The notes: generated by a model from the sequence alone, not told the origin. A stretch of 64,000 nucleotides of DNA from Candidatus Abyssobacteria bacterium SURF_5 (GCA_003598085.1 QZKU01000042.1:28138-92137), one strand, 5' to 3'; positions 11,176 through 21,560 are shown, counted from the first letter of the stretch. Numbers and translations are program-made.

Positions 11176-11823
11176 CTAAAGCATTTCGAAATCCTGGCCG
11201 GAATTGTCATTGAGCAGGCTTCGGGCGAACCGCCGGAACTGCAGGTTCATCTGGTGCATGCTTTCGGAGGCTTTGATAATGGAATTCACCTGGCGCTTCG
11301 TGGTGTTGTCACCGCTTTCTTCGAGTCGAATCTGCAGGAGCTGTGCGAAGCCGGAGGTGATGGAAAGCGGGTTATTAAGTTCGTTATTCAATGCGATGGC
11401 CCGCTCGGCGACCTGGGCGAGTTTTCGAGTCTTTTCGAGTTCCCGTTCGAGCTTGAGCTTATCCCAGGCGCGCTCGACCGAGATCTTAATGATTTCGAAA
11501 TCGAACGGTTTGAGGATGTAATCATACGCGCCGCTGCGGATGGCTCTGACGGCGGACTCGACTGAGGCGTAGCCGGTAATGACGATCACGAGCGTGTTTG
11601 GGCAGTTCTCCTTGATGTACTTCATGACGGCGAAGCCATCGAGTTCGGGCATCATGAGATCTGTGATGACGAGGCCGAATGTATGATTTTTCAGCTTCTC
11701 AATACCAGAACGCCCATTTTCGGCAGTGTCCACTTCATATCCGATGTTTGACAGCAGGACTTTGATGCTGTCACACATCCTTTTTTCGTCGTCTATCACC
11801 AGAATTCGGTTCTTCTCGGCCAC
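11176..11823 (-). CDS. Receiver domain fused to a His-less DHp (HisKA-like) domain, with no ATPase domain
   Basis: ILVIDDEK ... VITDLMMPELDG receiver, then a coiled coil, then ALNNELNNPLSITSGFAQLL. That last stretch aligns to the neighbouring kinase's AHEINNPL with Asn in place of the phospho-His. Confidence 0.8.
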   Translation of the reverse strand: MAEKNRILVIDDEKRMCDSIKVLLSNIGYEVDTAENGRSGIEKLKNHTFGLVITDLMMPELDGFAVMKYIKENCPNTLVIVITGYASVESAVRAIRSGAYDYILKPFDFEIIKISVERAWDKLKLERELEKTRKLAQVAERAIALNNELNNPLSITSGFAQLLQIRLEESGDNTTKRQVNSIIKASESMHQMNLQFRRFARSLLNDNSGQDFEML

Positions 11824-11844
11824 CTGAAAACCCCCTCTCTTGCA

Positions 11845-13851
11845 TTATGAAGACTGGATAACCTGAAACACCTTGTCGCTGACGACTGGAAGCTGGATGG
11901 TGAAGGTAGTGCCGCGGCCGGGCTCGCTGTCCACGCTGATCTCTCCGTTGTAGTTCTTGATGATGCCGTATGAAACCGAGAGGCCGAGGCCCGTTCCCTT
12001 CACGCCCTTGGTCGTGAAGAACGGTTCGAAGATATTCTTGATATTTTCCGGCGGAATTCCGCATCCGTCATCAGCGACATCGATTTCGACCCGCCCTTTT
12101 CTGTAGCGGGTGCGAACAGTCATTTTTCCTCCTTCGGGCATTGCGTCTTCCGCGTTTTTTATCAAATTGAGGAAGACCTGTCTGATCTGGTCGGTGGAGA
12201 CGTTGACTTCGGGCAGGTTTTCGGCCAGTTCAGAGGTAACCTCGATCTTGCGCCGGAACAATTGGCCTCTCAGCAGAGCCAGCAGTTCTTCGAGGACCTG
12301 GTTGATCTGCACCGATTGGATGTCTTCGGCGCCCGGTTTGGCGAACCGCAGCAGCCTGCGTACGATGCCGGCAATCCGGTTGATTTCCTGGTCGACGATT
12401 TTCATGTTCTCGCGGTTAGGGTCTTCCTCGGGCATCAGCAGCTTGGCGATACCGACGTAATTCTTGATAATGCCGAGGGGATTATTGATTTCGTGCGCGA
12501 TCTGCGCGGCCAGTTCGCCGGTGGCGGCCATGCGTTCGGATTGCATCAACTGGGCTTGCAGTCTTCTCAACTGGTTGACTTTCTGCTCGAGTTCCTTGCT
12601 ATGCCGCTGCAACTGTTCCTGCGCGCGCTGCATGCGGTCCGCCATCCGGTTGAATTCGACGGCGAGCAGTTCGATTTCGTCGCCGCTTCTGATGTCGATG
12701 CGGTGCTCGAGGTTTCCCTGTCCAATCTCCTGCACCCCCAGTTGCAGGACGCGGATCGGTTTGAGCGCCCGTCTGGCCATCGCCAAGCCGCTCAGCGAGA
12801 GCGACACCAGCACGATCGCGCTGAAGATGAGCGCCTGGAAGAAAAGTGAATTCAGCGGACGCATGACTATATCTTCCGGGATTGCGACGACTGCGCTCCA
12901 GTCGCTTCCGTCGTAGGTGAAGAGAGGCGGGGAGGAAGACGGCCGCAACACGGGCGCGAAGCCGGCAAATGCGGTAATTCCCAACTGATCCAGAGGAACC
13001 AGGGACTGGCCGATCTCGCCGAAATCGAACTTTTGGAGTCCACTGGTGATTCTCACCATGCGAGGGGTCTGGCTGTCATTCTTGAAAACCCACAGATTTC
13101 GCTCGTTGCCTGCCCCGATGAGCAGGGCGGTTATTTCCTGTGACTTTTCATGGATCAGCATGTGGTCGAGGCTGTATTCAGCGTAAAGGATCCATTGCGC
13201 GGACCCGGTCGCGGAAGGGAAAATGGGGACGGTCATGGGCACGACGACGGAAGCGGGTTCTTCGGTGAAAAGCGGTTCATAGAGTCGCGGGCGGTCGCGT
13301 TCGAACGCCTCTGTCTGCTGCCACCATTCTTCCTGGATGACACTGGGCCCGTGCAACTCGCCATACGCCGCGATCACGATTCCCGCCTGGTCGATCACGC
13401 GCAAGAGCCGGAAGCCCGGATATGCGATGGCCACGGCCTGCAGGGCAGCGGCGAGTTCATTATTTTGAAGGGCTTGCAGTTCAGCCTGAGGGCGACTGGA
13501 TACCTTCCACAGCGCCATTTCCTTGATGGCGAGGTCTGCGATTTCCGGGGCGGAAAGCGATCTATACCTCTGGCTCTGGTCGCTGACTGCTTCCTGTAAC
13601 CGGTCGGATTGCGACAGGCTTACGAGCAGGGAAAGTCCGGCGCTCAGGGCGGTATGGATCTCACTTGCCCGGCCTTCGGCCACCCGCTGTACGGCGACGC
13701 CCGCTCCTTCGCTGCGGATTTTGTAGCCATGATAGTAGCTGAACAGGGCGCTGCACAGAATGGCGAATCCGGCTCCCACGGCCATGATGGTGACAAACCT
13801 TCTGGTCAAGGTTTGCCTGGTCATGCCGGAGAAAACGTCCGCTTGTCTCAT
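11845..13851 (-). CDS. Sensor histidine kinase (extracytoplasmic sensor, HAMP, HisKA, HATPase)
   Basis: 668 aa with two TM segments flanking a sensor domain of about 300 aa. Intact H box [15 protein letters not shown] box [11 protein letters not shown]1 DDGCGI and G2 GTGLGLS. Confidence 0.9.
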   Translation of the reverse strand: MRQADVFSGMTRQTLTRRFVTIMAVGAGFAILCSALFSYYHGYKIRSEGAGVAVQRVAEGRASEIHTALSAGLSLLVSLSQSDRLQEAVSDQSQRYRSLSAPEIADLAIKEMALWKVSSRPQAELQALQNNELAAALQAVAIAYPGFRLLRVIDQAGIVIAAYGELHGPSVIQEEWWQQTEAFERDRPRLYEPLFTEEPASVVVPMTVPIFPSATGSAQWILYAEYSLDHMLIHEKSQEITALLIGAGNERNLWVFKNDSQTPRMVRITSGLQKFDFGEIGQSLVPLDQLGITAFAGFAPVLRPSSSPPLFTYDGSDWSAVVAIPEDIVMRPLNSLFFQALIFSAIVLVSLSLSGLAMARRALKPIRVLQLGVQEIGQGNLEHRIDIRSGDEIELLAVEFNRMADRMQRAQEQLQRHSKELEQKVNQLRRLQAQLMQSERMAATGELAAQIAHEINNPLGIIKNYVGIAKLLMPEEDPNRENMKIVDQEINRIAGIVRRLLRFAKPGAEDIQSVQINQVLEELLALLRGQLFRRKIEVTSELAENLPEVNVSTDQIRQVFLNLIKNAEDAMPEGGKMTVRTRYRKGRVEIDVADDGCGIPPENIKNIFEPFFTTKGVKGTGLGLSVSYGIIKNYNGEISVDSEPGRGTTFTIQLPVVSDKVFQVIQSS

Positions 13852-15890
13852 AGCGACGCCTCTTGAAGAAATGAGGGGGGATTCAAGGGAATGCTGACGC
13901 TGAAGACACTCCCTCCGTCACCCGTGTTGACGACCTTGATATCGCCGCCATAGCTCTGGATTATGTTGTGGACCATGTACAATCCCAGCCCCTTCGGGAC
14001 AAGTCCTTTCGCGACGCCGCTAGGAAGGAAAAGCTCGTTTGCCTCGGCCGGCGAATGTTGGGCTGCGGAGTTAGAGAACTCGACGCACAAGAAGGGATCG
14101 TCCCTGCGAGTACAGACGGCGAGGGTGCCTCCGTGCGGCATCTCGGCCATGGCGAGGCGCACAAGATTGGAAAACACCATATTCATCTGGTTGGGGATGA
14201 CGACGACTTCGGGCAGCGTTTGTTCGAGCTCAAGTTTCGTTTTGATGCCGGCCGCCTGAAGCTTATCGCGAGCCGATGCGATTGTGTTCTCGATGAGGAG
14301 GTTGATCGGGGTATCCCTGGGTTCTTCGAAATAGGCTTCGGAGAAATTCAGGAGTTGGTCGGTAATATTCGCGATACGATCCACTTCTTCCGAAAGGACG
14401 GCCAATTCGCCTTTACTTTCGGCAGAGGCTGTTTTTTCGTCCAATATGCGGATATAGTTTTTGACAATCCCGAGGGGGTCCTTCATTTCCCGGGCCACTA
14501 CGCCCGCCAGTCTTGAAGCGGTTATGGGAGATCGCAACTGCGACAGGCGAAGCTGTGTGGCCGTGCATTCGTGAAACAGCGTCGCATGTCTGAGCGAGAC
14601 TGCCGCGAAACTTGAGATCACCTCCATCAGTTCGAGGTCTTTTTTCGTAAATGCGCCGCCCACCTTGTTTATGAGTTCAATGACGCCCACGATCTCATTT
14701 CCGATCTTCATGGGTGCGGCGAGAATTGATTTGGAGACGAAGCCGGTCGCCTGTTCCACCTGCGGATAATAGCGCTCGTCTTTGTGGACGTCGCGGACGA
14801 TAACCGCTTTCTCGTGCTCGGCCACCCATCCTGCAATGCCCTGCCCCAGTTTGAGGCGGAACGGTTTGACGCATTCGGCTTTTTCACCAAGGGCGGCCAG
14901 GAAAATCAGTTGAGAGTCTTCGAGCTTCAGGATGGAACCTGCTTCGACCTTGATGACGCGGGCGATGCTTTTCAGAATACTGGTGAGGACCGCCTCGATA
15001 GCCAGATCCGCCGAGCTGATCGCGCGCGCCACTTCGTTGATCAACTGGAGGCGCAGGGCCTTCTGCTGGATCTCGAATTCAATTTTTTTCCGTTCCTTTA
15101 TGTCACGGATAATGGCAAGAATATATTTTTTCCCGTCGATGAGAACAGCGGTGGCGCTCACGTCGACAGGAATTGGATTCCGTTTTTTCGAAAAGATGGA
15201 GAGGTTGTCGAACCTGACGGCTCCCTGCTCGACGGCGTCGTTTATCTTTTCGATCATAAGGTTCAGGTCGAAGACGGAGACGAGCGAATTCAGGCCGGTC
15301 TGTTTCAACTCCGTCTCCGTATAGCCGGTCAGCCTGCAAGCCGCCTCATTGACTTCCACAAACATACCCGACTCATACTCGACCAGCACGATCGCATCGC
15401 TCGCCATTTTGAGCAGGCGGGAATACTTGTTTTCGGCGCGGCTGATCTCTCGCGACTGTCTCTTTTCGCCGGCCACACTGCTTTGCAGGAGGAGATGGTG
15501 AATGTTTCTGGTCAGGATCGACGAGAGCCGATGCAATTTTGCCGGCTGTCGCAGCAATTCTTTCAGGACCGCCGCCTGAGCGTGTTGAAAGAGGATGAGC
15601 TGAAGCTGTTGGACTTCGTGCGGCGAAAGATCTTTGAGGTATTTTTTCCGGGCTTTCTTCAACCGGAAAGAAGGCGTCGCCGGCCTCTTCTGAGATGAAA
15701 GGGCGGGGATCAGTGAAACGTAAATATCTTCGGCAAGTTCGGAGAATCGTTCGGAGGATAGACTTCCCGCGATCTTTTTTCGAAGCGACGATACTGCGAA
15801 AATATCGGTAACCGTCTGCCGAACCACCGACTCTTGCTGCTTGGAGAGGAGCCTTGCGAGTTCATTCGTACCGACTTTTGGAGACGCCAT
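13848..15890 (-). CDS. PAS/GAF sensor protein with a degenerate (pseudo) histidine-kinase core
   Basis: 680 aa with a PAS-like region (AIVLVEYESGMFVEVNEAACRLTGY) and a GAF region (GIAGWVAEHEKAVIVRDV). The H box reads AREMKDPLGIVKNY (His to Arg), the N box NLVRLAMAEM (Asn lost), and G1 is lost. A 4-nt overlap joins it to the downstream kinase. Confidence 0.85.
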   Translation of the reverse strand: MASPKVGTNELARLLSKQQESVVRQTVTDIFAVSSLRKKIAGSLSSERFSELAEDIYVSLIPALSSQKRPATPSFRLKKARKKYLKDLSPHEVQQLQLILFQHAQAAVLKELLRQPAKLHRLSSILTRNIHHLLLQSSVAGEKRQSREISRAENKYSRLLKMASDAIVLVEYESGMFVEVNEAACRLTGYTETELKQTGLNSLVSVFDLNLMIEKINDAVEQGAVRFDNLSIFSKKRNPIPVDVSATAVLIDGKKYILAIIRDIKERKKIEFEIQQKALRLQLINEVARAISSADLAIEAVLTSILKSIARVIKVEAGSILKLEDSQLIFLAALGEKAECVKPFRLKLGQGIAGWVAEHEKAVIVRDVHKDERYYPQVEQATGFVSKSILAAPMKIGNEIVGVIELINKVGGAFTKKDLELMEVISSFAAVSLRHATLFHECTATQLRLSQLRSPITASRLAGVVAREMKDPLGIVKNYIRILDEKTASAESKGELAVLSEEVDRIANITDQLLNFSEAYFEEPRDTPINLLIENTIASARDKLQAAGIKTKLELEQTLPEVVVIPNQMNMVFSNLVRLAMAEMPHGGTLAVCTRRDDPFLCVEFSNSAAQHSPAEANELFLPSGVAKGLVPKGLGLYMVHNIIQSYGGDIKVVNTGDGGSVFSVSIPLNPPSFLQEASL

Positions 15891-16041
15891 CCGCGGCCGA
15901 CCCCTTTCGCCGTCGACAGGCTGTCCGGTACCCCAAGTGCCAGTCCTATTACAACTTTGTGATTATTATAGCGGGTACTCTATTAATTTGCAACAGTTTT
16001 CCCGGGCGTGAGCGGTACGAAATGGTTTGACGAAGCAGCGG

Positions 16042-16461
16042 TTAAAAGTTCCGGCGTTCTTCGACATACAGGATCCGGAAAACCACGCTTTCTCCGCCGA
16101 TATCCATGATGATCTCACTGAATTGACCCGGTTCCAGCTTGAAGAGGACGTCTTCGAGATTCTTAGGCAGGACGCCTTTGCCGATCCAACCCATATCGCC
16201 GCGATGACTTGCGCTGAGTGCTTCTGATTTGGACCCGGCAAGTTCGGCAAAATTCGCACCCGTTTTCAGGAGCTCGTGAATCTCGTTTGCCTTTTTGCGG
16301 GCGCGCTCGATATCTTCCGGATCGGACGGATTAGCCTGAACCACGATAATGCGGCCTTTGACCTCCGGCTGTGGTTTCCGGCCCGGGCCAATAATTGCTA
16401 CTCCAATAACAAGAAGGAAAACCAATGGAACAGCCAGCCATAGAATCTTTGTCATCCGCAT
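16042..16461 (-). CDS. PpiC/parvulin-type peptidyl-prolyl cis-trans isomerase, membrane-anchored
   Basis: N-terminal TM MRMTKILWLAVPLVFLLV. Parvulin motifs ...SHRGDMGWIGKGVLPKNLEDVLFKLEPGQFSE. ATG at 16461; the track start 16554 is probably too early. Confidence 0.8.
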   Translation of the reverse strand: MRMTKILWLAVPLVFLLVIGVAIIGPGRKPQPEVKGRIIVVQANPSDPEDIERARKKANEIHELLKTGANFAELAGSKSEALSASHRGDMGWIGKGVLPKNLEDVLFKLEPGQFSEIIMDIGGESVVFRILYVEERRNF

Positions 16462-16809
16462 TCTTACCAATCCTTCGACAACCCCCAGAATAACGTTATT
16501 TAATCCTATCATAGGCCGCAGGCGGATTTCAAGGCGTCCTCGAGCATTTTTCACCCAAAAAGATGCTCTTTGTAGCAGGTGAGACGGAGTTAAACAGCGT
16601 GTCCAAATCTAATAAGAAGCGTCTTGCCATCCTTGCCATCATTATCGCATTCAGATATACTCGCATAGTCTCGCGCGGACGGATAGCTTCGCTCGCGCTT
16701 GAAGAGCGCTAACGATGTGTTTTGTGGCTTTTGCTCGGCATTGCGGGAGATTTTGAGTATCTTTACCGCTCTCATCGGAAGACATTCGAATGAGGAGAAA
16801 CCTGGTTCT

Positions 16810-17619
16810 ATGAAGGATCCAATTGAAGAGCAACCGGTGGAACAGTATTTAAAGCTGGCCGTTGATGCGGCCAGGGCCGCGGGAAAAATTTTGATTAAAA
16901 CATTAGGGTCGGTCGGCAGAATAGAACACAAGGGAGCGATCAATCTTGTGACCGAGATGGACGTGAGGTCGGAGGAATTGATAAAGAAGAAGATTCTGAA
17001 AGCTTACCCCGAACATCAGATCATGGCCGAGGAAAGCGACATGCCCGAAAAGAGCGCGGAGTTTCGGTGGATCATCGATCCGCTGGACGGCACCACGAAC
17101 TACGCGCACGGGTTTCCGCTTTTCTGCGTGTCAATCGCGCTGGAAATAAGCGGGACAATAGAAGTGGGCGCCGTTTATGATCCGACCCGCTCCGACCTCT
17201 TCACCGCTGTGCGCGGCGGGGGCGCATTTCTGAACGGGAAGAAACTAGCGGTCTCGGAAACCACGAGCGTCAACAATTCGCTGTTGGCGACCGGCTTTCC
17301 GTACGACCTGCGCGAGAGCGAGGCGAACAACGTGGACAACTGGAACGCCATGCTGCCTCGTGCGCAGGCGGTGCGCCGGGCCGGCTCGGCTGCACTCGAT
17401 CTTTGTTATACAGCCTGTGGGCGCTTTGACGGGTTTTGGGAGTTGAAGCTGTTTCCGTGGGATGTGGCGGCCGGATCGCTCATGGTGAAGGAAGCCGGTG
17501 GAGAGGTGACGGATATGGGTGGCGGGCCGTTTTCGATTTATTCCAAAGAGATCCTCGCCAGCAACGGCAGGATCCACCGGGAAATGGTGGAGATCCTCGG
17601 CAAAGGAAGAAGGCCGTAG
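16810..17619 (+). CDS. suhB: Inositol monophosphatase family protein
   Basis: WIIDPLDGTTNY and GSAALDLCYTACGRFDGFWE motifs. ATG 16810 is preceded by GAGGAG. The track start 16699 is probably too early. Confidence 0.85.
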   Translation: MKDPIEEQPVEQYLKLAVDAARAAGKILIKTLGSVGRIEHKGAINLVTEMDVRSEELIKKKILKAYPEHQIMAEESDMPEKSAEFRWIIDPLDGTTNYAHGFPLFCVSIALEISGTIEVGAVYDPTRSDLFTAVRGGGAFLNGKKLAVSETTSVNNSLLATGFPYDLRESEANNVDNWNAMLPRAQAVRRAGSAALDLCYTACGRFDGFWELKLFPWDVAAGSLMVKEAGGEVTDMGGGPFSIYSKEILASNGRIHREMVEILGKGRRP

Positions 17620-17664
17620 TTTATTACCAGCCTTAACTTCGTTTCCACAAAAGGCAAGCAAGGA

Positions 17665-18474
17665 TTGTTGGTGTCAAATTCACCCATATTTATCGGCGGC
17701 GCGGGCCGGTCGGGAACAACTCTGATCCGCGTGATCCTCGATTCGCACCCGAACATAGCCTGCGGCCCTGAACTGAAAGTGACGCCGATTGTGGCGGATT
17801 TGTGGCACAAGTTTCAGACCGCTCATTATCCGCCGCTGAAAGAATACCTTCTGACGCCGGCAGATATCAACCAGGTGTTCCGGCAGATGCTGCTTTCGCT
17901 TCTGGAGAAATACAGGCTGCAGTCGGGCAAAAGGCGGATTGCCGAAAAATCGCCGAACAACGTTTTTTTCTTTCACCACCTGCACGCACTGTTTCCGGAG
18001 AGCCCGCTCGTGCATGTGATCCGTGACGGGCGCGATGTTGTCTGTTCGCTGCTCACCATGAACTGGATCAATCCGCAAACGGGCCAGCGCGTCGATTACA
18101 CCCGCGATTCCCGCAAAGCGGCGGAATATTGGGTATCGGCGGTGACAATGGGCAGGCGCGCGGGCGCGAATCCGGCGATACGCCCGCGGTACCTTGAGAT
18201 AAAATACGAGGATTTGGTTATTTCGCCGGAGGACACGCTGAGGCGGCTGCTGATACATATTGGCGAGCCGTGGGATCCAACAGTGCTCGCGTATTATGAG
18301 AAGGAGCGGAACCTTGCCGGCGAGTCGAGCGCCGAGCAGGTATCAAAGCCGCTCTATACCGGCTCCGCCGGTCGCTGGAAAAAAGATCTCGCCGTCGCAG
18401 AGAGGAAAGCCATAAAAGAGGTTGCGGGGAAGCTGCTGGTTGAGCTGGGATATGCGTCGGATTTGGAGTGGTGA
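17665..18474 (+). CDS. Sulfotransferase family protein
   Basis: 269 aa. FIGGAGRSGTTL PAPS-binding loop, and HVIRDGRDVVCS. Confidence 0.85.
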   Translation: MLVSNSPIFIGGAGRSGTTLIRVILDSHPNIACGPELKVTPIVADLWHKFQTAHYPPLKEYLLTPADINQVFRQMLLSLLEKYRLQSGKRRIAEKSPNNVFFFHHLHALFPESPLVHVIRDGRDVVCSLLTMNWINPQTGQRVDYTRDSRKAAEYWVSAVTMGRRAGANPAIRPRYLEIKYEDLVISPEDTLRRLLIHIGEPWDPTVLAYYEKERNLAGESSAEQVSKPLYTGSAGRWKKDLAVAERKAIKEVAGKLLVELGYASDLEW

Positions 18475-18487
18475 GAGGGTAGTGAAG

Positions 18488-18567
18488 ACACGGACACACG
18501 GACGGACACGGACAGGTCGGACGAGTAGGACAGGTCGGCCGGGTCAGACACGTCGGACAGGTCAGAC
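18488..18567 (+). repeat. CACGGAC-family short tandem repeat array, locus 1
   Basis: Units of 8-9 nt: ACACGGAC three times, then degenerate AGGTCGGAC / GAGTAGGAC / GGGTCAGAC units. It starts 14 nt after the sulfotransferase stop codon. Confidence 0.85.
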
Positions 18568-18632
18568 GGGGGCGCAGGCGACGGCGGGGACGCATCGGAG
18601 GCGTGGAGTCGCCGATAATTCTAGATGCTTTT

Positions 18633-20144
18633 CTAGAGCATTTCGCGCAATTTCATGCGCTGGATTTTGCCGGAGGGGCCTTTCGGGAGTTCCTCGAGGA
18701 GTCTGATGAGTTTGGGCGTCTTGAATTTTCCCAGTAATTCACGGCAATGATTTTGCAGTTCCTGTTCTGTCGCATGGCAGCCCGGCTTGAGAACGACGCA
18801 GCACATGATTTCCTCGCCATAATGATCGTCGGGAATGCCGACGGCGGCGCAATCAAGCACCGCCGGGTGACAATACAGCGCCTCGTCTATCTCGCGCGGC
18901 GCGATGTTCTCGCCACCCTTGATGATAAGTTCCTTGATCCGCCCGGTAACGAAGACGAATCCATCCGCGTCCATGTATCCGATGTCACCGGTATGGAGCC
19001 AGCCGTCCGGCTCGATCGCCTTGGCGGTGATGTCGGGCGCCTTATAGTATTGCTTCATCACATTCTCGCCGCGTACCACGATCTCGCCCTGCGTGCCGTA
19101 TGGGACTTCATTGCCTTCACGATCCACGATTTTGGCTTCATTTCCGACGGCGCAGCCGGGCGACCCGTACTTTCTTTTGGCCGGGTCGAGCGGGTTGGAG
19201 AATATAGGGGCGGCCGTTTCCGTCAATCCCATGGTTTCGATGATGGAGATGTTGAACTTCTCTTCGAATGCCTTATGCAGAGCGGGCGGGAGAGCGGACG
19301 AAGCCGATCGGCCGAAGCGCACCCGCGAGAGATCGAGGTTTTTGCCGGCGAGATCGGTTGAATTGAGCAGATATGAGATGATAGTCGGCACAACGCTGAA
19401 CCACGTGCAGTTGTATTGCGATAGCTGTTCCCAGAAGTTGCTGACGCTGAACCGGTGCGGCATGACAACGGTTCCTCTGCTCAGGAGGGGAGCGATGACG
19501 GTCACGACGGCGCCATTGATGTGGTATACGGGCAATGAACACAAGGCGCGGTCGTCCGGCCCGAGCGCGTGAGCCATCATCGTGAAGCGGCCTCCTGCCA
19601 AGAGGTTCTTATGGGAGAGAACGACTCCTTTCGGAAGGCCGGTCGTGCCGGATGTATAGAGCAAGAGCGCGTCATCGTCTTCAGCGACATCCGGCAGAGA
19701 CAAATCCATGCGATCCTGAGTCTCCGGGAAAATCATTTCCGAATCATTATCAACCGGAACAAGTTGGATGCCGCGATTGATTTTGGAAACCGCCGCCTCC
19801 AGTTTTTCCTTGTGGTCCTCTGTGAAAAAAACGAGTTTTGTGTCCGAATGATCGAGGACGTAGGCGAGCTGAGACGGCTGGGCCAGCAGGTTGAGGGGCG
19901 CGACAGTGAAGCCGGAATACATCGCGCCGAGAAATATCTTGACGGTCTGATAGCCGTTTCCCATCATGTAGGACAACTTGTCGCCTTTGGCAAGCCCGAT
20001 TTCCAGCAGGCGTTTTCCGAATGTGATCGAGTCGCGCCTCAAGCGGCCATACGTGAGCTCGAGGCGGGGTTCGGGGGCAATCAGAAAGATTTTTTGCGGG
20101 TGCTGCTCGGCTCTTTCATCGACGACGTGTCTGAGGGTGCGCAT
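18633..20144 (-). CDS. AMP-dependent acyl-CoA synthetase/ligase (class I adenylate-forming enzyme)
   Basis: LLYTSGTTGLPKGVVLSHKNL, GEIVVRG, WLHTGDIGYMD and PKGPSGKI motifs. ATG at 20144 (MRTLRHVV); the track start is 20210. Confidence 0.9.
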   Translation of the reverse strand: MRTLRHVVDERAEQHPQKIFLIAPEPRLELTYGRLRRDSITFGKRLLEIGLAKGDKLSYMMGNGYQTVKIFLGAMYSGFTVAPLNLLAQPSQLAYVLDHSDTKLVFFTEDHKEKLEAAVSKINRGIQLVPVDNDSEMIFPETQDRMDLSLPDVAEDDDALLLYTSGTTGLPKGVVLSHKNLLAGGRFTMMAHALGPDDRALCSLPVYHINGAVVTVIAPLLSRGTVVMPHRFSVSNFWEQLSQYNCTWFSVVPTIISYLLNSTDLAGKNLDLSRVRFGRSASSALPPALHKAFEEKFNISIIETMGLTETAAPIFSNPLDPAKRKYGSPGCAVGNEAKIVDREGNEVPYGTQGEIVVRGENVMKQYYKAPDITAKAIEPDGWLHTGDIGYMDADGFVFVTGRIKELIIKGGENIAPREIDEALYCHPAVLDCAAVGIPDDHYGEEIMCCVVLKPGCHATEQELQNHCRELLGKFKTPKLIRLLEELPKGPSGKIQRMKLREML

Positions 20145-20190
20145 TGCTGTTTTACCATTGCGGCGGGCACCGGGGCTGGGGGGTAAGTGC

Positions 20191-20727
20191 TCATTTCCGG
20201 AACAAATCATAGCCGATGCGGAATGCCTCGCGGTTCTGGTCGTGGAATTTCGGCATGACGCTCAGGAGGCTCTTGAGGACGATGTCCTGTTTGAGGATGT
20301 CAACGGCGGCGGCGACTACGCCGAGCATGAGCGAGTTTGCGAACAGGGGGCCGTCGAAGTGTTTGACCGAGAGTTCGTTTGCCGGCACCGCCTTCTGCCT
20401 GCATTGAAGCGTTGAGTCGGTCTCATTGACGAAAGCCGGATCGAAGAGAATCAGTCCGTAATCCGGCATCAGGCGTTTGAACTGGTTGTAAGCGGCGCCC
20501 GAGAGCGCGATGAAGCAGTCGGGGGATTCGCAAATGGGGCTGTCGATAATCTCTGGTGAAAGCACGACCTGGCTGCGGACATAGCCGCCGCGCATTTCGG
20601 TTCCGTGGCTTTTCAGCATGCTGACGCGAAGTCCCTGTCGGACGCCCGCTTCGCCGATGATCTGTCCGAGGCGGACGACTCCCTGGCCTCCGAATCCGCT
20701 TGCAAGAATTTCGGTGCGCTCGTTCAT
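20191..20727 (-). CDS. 2-oxoacid:ferredoxin oxidoreductase, gamma subunit
   Basis: 178 aa. ILASGFGGQGVVRLGQIIGEA is the typical gamma-subunit N-terminus. Its start overlaps the beta stop. Confidence 0.85.
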   Translation of the reverse strand: MNERTEILASGFGGQGVVRLGQIIGEAGVRQGLRVSMLKSHGTEMRGGYVRSQVVLSPEIIDSPICESPDCFIALSGAAYNQFKRLMPDYGLILFDPAFVNETDSTLQCRQKAVPANELSVKHFDGPLFANSLMLGVVAAAVDILKQDIVLKSLLSVMPKFHDQNREAFRIGYDLFRK

Positions 20728-21560
20728 CAGGAATATCTCCCGCGAATTTCATCGACTTTGCGGCGCATGAGGGTCGAAAACTCCGGCCTCGAGTTGCTCG
20801 CATCATGATAAATGCCGGTGCGCCAGATGGTTTCTTCTTTTTCCTTGCCCAGAGGCGCGGCGTGCCGTTTGATCCAATTGAATATCTCGACTGGTTTTCT
20901 CGTGCCGAGCGCGTTCTTTCCGAAGTTGGTGGTGCACGGATAGACCACGTGGACCAGCGAAAGCCCGTTATTCTGAAGCGCCTTTGTGAGGCTCTCGACG
21001 AGAGAGGCGCCGTCCATGCTCACGTGCCTCGCGAGAAAGGTGGCGCCGGCTTCTTTCAGGATGCGCAGGACATCACGTTCCGGCTGGACCCAGTTCGGTT
21101 CAAACATTCCGTAGGGACTGCTGTCGGTCACAACGCCCGGCGGAGTCGTCCATCCGAACTGTCCGCCGGTTGATTGATAACCGAGGTTGTCGCAGACCAT
21201 GATGGTCATTTGCGCGTTCGTTCTGACGGCATGGAGTAGATGATTAAAGCCGATTCCGAACGCATCTCCGTCGCCCACGGTGAGAACGATCCGCTTCTCC
21301 GGCGGGAGCGCCAGCCGCAGACCGCGGGCAATCGCGTACACGCGTCCATGGGTTCCGGCGAAGCTGTCGCCTTTCCAGGTGGCGAACGTTTGCCGGCCCG
21401 CACAGCCGATGGAGGTTCCCCAGACGATATCACTGACCGTTAAGCCGACACCGTCGATCGCTTTGACGAGCGCCTTATGGCACTGTCCGAGTCCGCAGCC
21501 CGAACAAGCGGTGCTCGGTATTTTCCTTGAGCGCAGGTATTCGGTCGCGAGATAATCCAT
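20727..21560 (-). CDS. 2-oxoacid:ferredoxin oxidoreductase, beta (TPP-binding) subunit
   Basis: CSGCGLGQ, GDGDAFGIG and the TPP motif region. The start MDYLATEY at 21560 overlaps the alpha stop (TAATG). The track start 21662 is an upstream extension. Confidence 0.9.
   Translation of the reverse strand: MDYLATEYLRSRKIPSTACSGCGLGQCHKALVKAIDGVGLTVSDIVWGTSIGCAGRQTFATWKGDSFAGTHGRVYAIARGLRLALPPEKRIVLTVGDGDAFGIGFNHLLHAVRTNAQMTIMVCDNLGYQSTGGQFGWTTPPGVVTDSSPYGMFEPNWVQPERDVLRILKEAGATFLARHVSMDGASLVESLTKALQNNGLSLVHVVYPCTTNFGKNALGTRKPVEIFNWIKRHAAPLGKEKEETIWRTGIYHDASNSRPEFSTLMRRKVDEIRGRYS

Noticed and set aside
15929-15945. Sigma54-like element CTGGCACTTGGGGTACC (minus strand) upstream of the PAS/GAF gene, and TGGCAC at 43813
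   Set aside because: The -24 GG/TGGCAC part matches, but the -12 TTGC element is absent (GTAC and TCCA respectively). The 43813 site has no downstream gene on its strand.
16590-16943. 117-aa minus-strand ORF, and the 37-codon upstream extension of the inositol monophosphatase ORF
   Set aside because: Both lie in the intergenic leader. ATG 16810 with a GAGGAG Shine-Dalgarno gives a full-length IMPase. The minus-strand ORF has no motifs and overlaps the IMPase N-terminus.
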